Source: a bacterium | Lineage (GTDB): Bacteria; SAR324; NAC60-12 | Length of the DNA stretch: 64,000 bases | Direction: 5' to 3' | Assembly: GCA_965233585.1 (NCBI GenBank) | Contig: CBDDTI010000745.1 | Coordinates: 288,001 to 352,000 of the forward strand | Shown: positions 62,296 to 64,000 of the stretch, piece by piece | Layout of the letters: each line of letters begins with the position of its first letter | How positions within the stretch are numbered: the stretch's first letter is position 1 | The notes under the pieces: generated by a model | What the model saw: only the letters and a program-made list of their open reading frames with translations | The model's database searches: none | Told to the model about the DNA's origin: nothing | Made by a program: the position numbers and the translations under genes

Positions 62296-63588
62296 ATGCA
62301 CAACTGGGAAATAGAGAATCAACTCATTGAAAGGCTGTCGTCTCATCATTTGAGTCTTTCCAAAGTTGAGCTTCGGTTAGACCGAATTTTTAAATTACTT
62401 GAGGCACTGGGGAATCCTGAACAAAGTTTCAAAAGCATTCACATTGTTGGAACTTCAGGGAAGGGGTCAACGGCATCGTTTCTGTCCTCTATTCTTTCGC
62501 ATGCAGGGTATCGTGTGGGCATGCACCTTTCTCCACATGTTGTCTCCATTGGGGAACGCAGCCAAATCAATGGCGTCCCTGCTACTGTGCAAGAGTTGTA
62601 TGAGATTTTTCTTGTGATTGAAAAAAAACTTCAAGACTATCAAACCAGTTTTTTTGAGAACTCTCTTGCATTGGCTTTGTGTTATTTTAGGGACAAGCAA
62701 TGTGACTGGGCAATTTTGGAGGCAGGAGTAGGAGGTCGGTTTGACGCCACTACTGCCATTGATTCTGAAGCATTAGTGTTGACAACAGTCGGTTTAGACC
62801 ATACAGAGTTGTTGGGTGAGACACTTCAGGAGATTGCTGATGACAAAAGTGATGCCATTAAGTCAGGTCAGAAGGTCATCAGTGGTTGGTGTCAAGAAGA
62901 GATGCAAGAGATGGTCAATGCCAAGTGTCAAAAATTGGCAAGTGAAGTTTATCATTTGGGCAAGCAAGTTCAGTATCAAATTGCTGAGGACAAAAGTTTT
63001 AGAGTTCAGACACCATTGAATCAATATGAAGACTTAAAAACAAGCATGTCGGGGGACTTCCAAATCCGCAATGCTGTTTGTGCAATCTCTGTTGCAGAAC
63101 AGCTTGGAATCGTTCCGAAACCAGAATTATTAAAAAAATCGCTTATAAATGTGACTTTACCTGCAAGAATGGAATGCCTTTTGCGTAAGCCTATCGTAAT
63201 TCTTGATGGGTCTCACAACCCTGACAAGATAAAGGCATCTTTTCAAGCATTACAAACTCACAGCTATCAGAGATTGATTGTTGTGATGGCATTAAAAGTT
63301 GGCAAAAACACTGATGCTATTTTACAGGAGGCTCTTCACAATGCAGACGTAGCCATTTTTACAGAATTTTGCACCAAAGGGCAATGGCAAGCTCAAAGTG
63401 CCTCAACGTTACAAAGTCTTGCAAAAGATGCTTTCCCAAAACTAAAAACTTATGAAGAACCAGAAGTACAAAATGCAATCAATCTAGCCTTTAAACAAGT
63501 GGAAGATTCTGATTTGATTTTGTTTTGTGGTTCAATGTACTTTGCTTCTGACATCAAGTCATTATGGAAAAAACAACACTTGGTTTAA
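62296..63588 (+). CDS. folC: Folylpolyglutamate/dihydrofolate synthase
   Basis: IHIVGTSGKGST, SPH...ER, EAGVGGRFDAT, GLDH, LDGSHN, GSMY. Confidence 0.93.
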   Translation: MHNWEIENQLIERLSSHHLSLSKVELRLDRIFKLLEALGNPEQSFKSIHIVGTSGKGSTASFLSSILSHAGYRVGMHLSPHVVSIGERSQINGVPATVQELYEIFLVIEKKLQDYQTSFFENSLALALCYFRDKQCDWAILEAGVGGRFDATTAIDSEALVLTTVGLDHTELLGETLQEIADDKSDAIKSGQKVISGWCQEEMQEMVNAKCQKLASEVYHLGKQVQYQIAEDKSFRVQTPLNQYEDLKTSMSGDFQIRNAVCAISVAEQLGIVPKPELLKKSLINVTLPARMECLLRKPIVILDGSHNPDKIKASFQALQTHSYQRLIVVMALKVGKNTDAILQEALHNADVAIFTEFCTKGQWQAQSASTLQSLAKDAFPKLKTYEEPEVQNAINLAFKQVEDSDLILFCGSMYFASDIKSLWKKQHLV

Positions 63589-63623
63589 ACCGTACTTTAG
63601 AGGAACGCACTCGTAGTTTTATC

Positions 63624-64000
63624 ATGAGAAGCCTCGCTAAGAGTTTCACCAAAAAATTAGAGAAGAAGAATGCTATCAGTATCAGGCTAGGAATCACACA
63701 ATCCTTTTCACTTGTGATTATTTTGATCACATTGATTGTCATTAGCCTCTTCTTTTACAGTTCACAAAAGTCTATTGAGCAGTTATCAACGCGTATCAGC
63801 AAAGAGATTGTCAATCAAATCATTCAAGAGACTGAACGATTTCTTACACTTCCTGCACAACAAACCAAAACGATTGCTAAGTATGCTTCTTCGCTTTACA
63901 CGGACAAAGGAGTGATTGGGGAATATGAGCAGATTTGGAAAACCATGTGGGATCATCTCTTAATTTGGAAGAGTGCGCAGACGGTTTTTGTTGCTGATGA
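63624..64000 (+). CDS. Membrane sensor (Cache-domain-type N-terminus), 5' part only
   Basis: MRSLAKS..ISIR..TM helix..SQKSIEQLS...I...I...TERFL..P; runs off window end. Confidence 0.55.
   Translation, partial: MRSLAKSFTKKLEKKNAISIRLGITQSFSLVIILITLIVISLFFYSSQKSIEQLSTRISKEIVNQIIQETERFLTLPAQQTKTIAKYASSLYTDKGVIGEYEQIWKTMWDHLLIWKSAQTVFVAD

Overview
A 64-kb bacterial chromosomal segment (AT-rich; the gene mix is suggestive of a Deltaproteobacteria/SAR324-like organism, which is unverified). Housekeeping blocks are eno, gatC-fabZ-skp, a partial nuoEFG-JKL cluster, galE, oadGAB, tmRNA, kdsA, tkt-rpe-gap-pfk, hscBA and folC. They alternate with two repeat-rich accessory zones (about 1-7.4 kb and 41-47.4 kb). 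These zones hold seven paralogs of a DUF1640/CCDC90-like (head-stalk-anchor coiled-coil) gene with an invariant head and a stalk built from shuffled 16/20/27-aa modules. The paralogs are embedded in dense clusters of REP-like palindromes and five IS1-family copies, all of which sit in CC(C)-N9-(G)GG sites; flank matching suggests the main cassette block has been inverted. Other notable items are two surface lipoproteins with candidate phase-variation tracts (a G9 frameshift and an A10 promoter spacer), a ~80-bp duplication of a gene 3' end enclosing a structured element and a TGA-interrupted membrane ORF, a 12-heme cytochrome c with a duplicated promoter, and an OadB with an extra N-terminal biotinyl-like domain. 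No CRISPR array, rRNA, tRNA or reverse transcriptase was seen.
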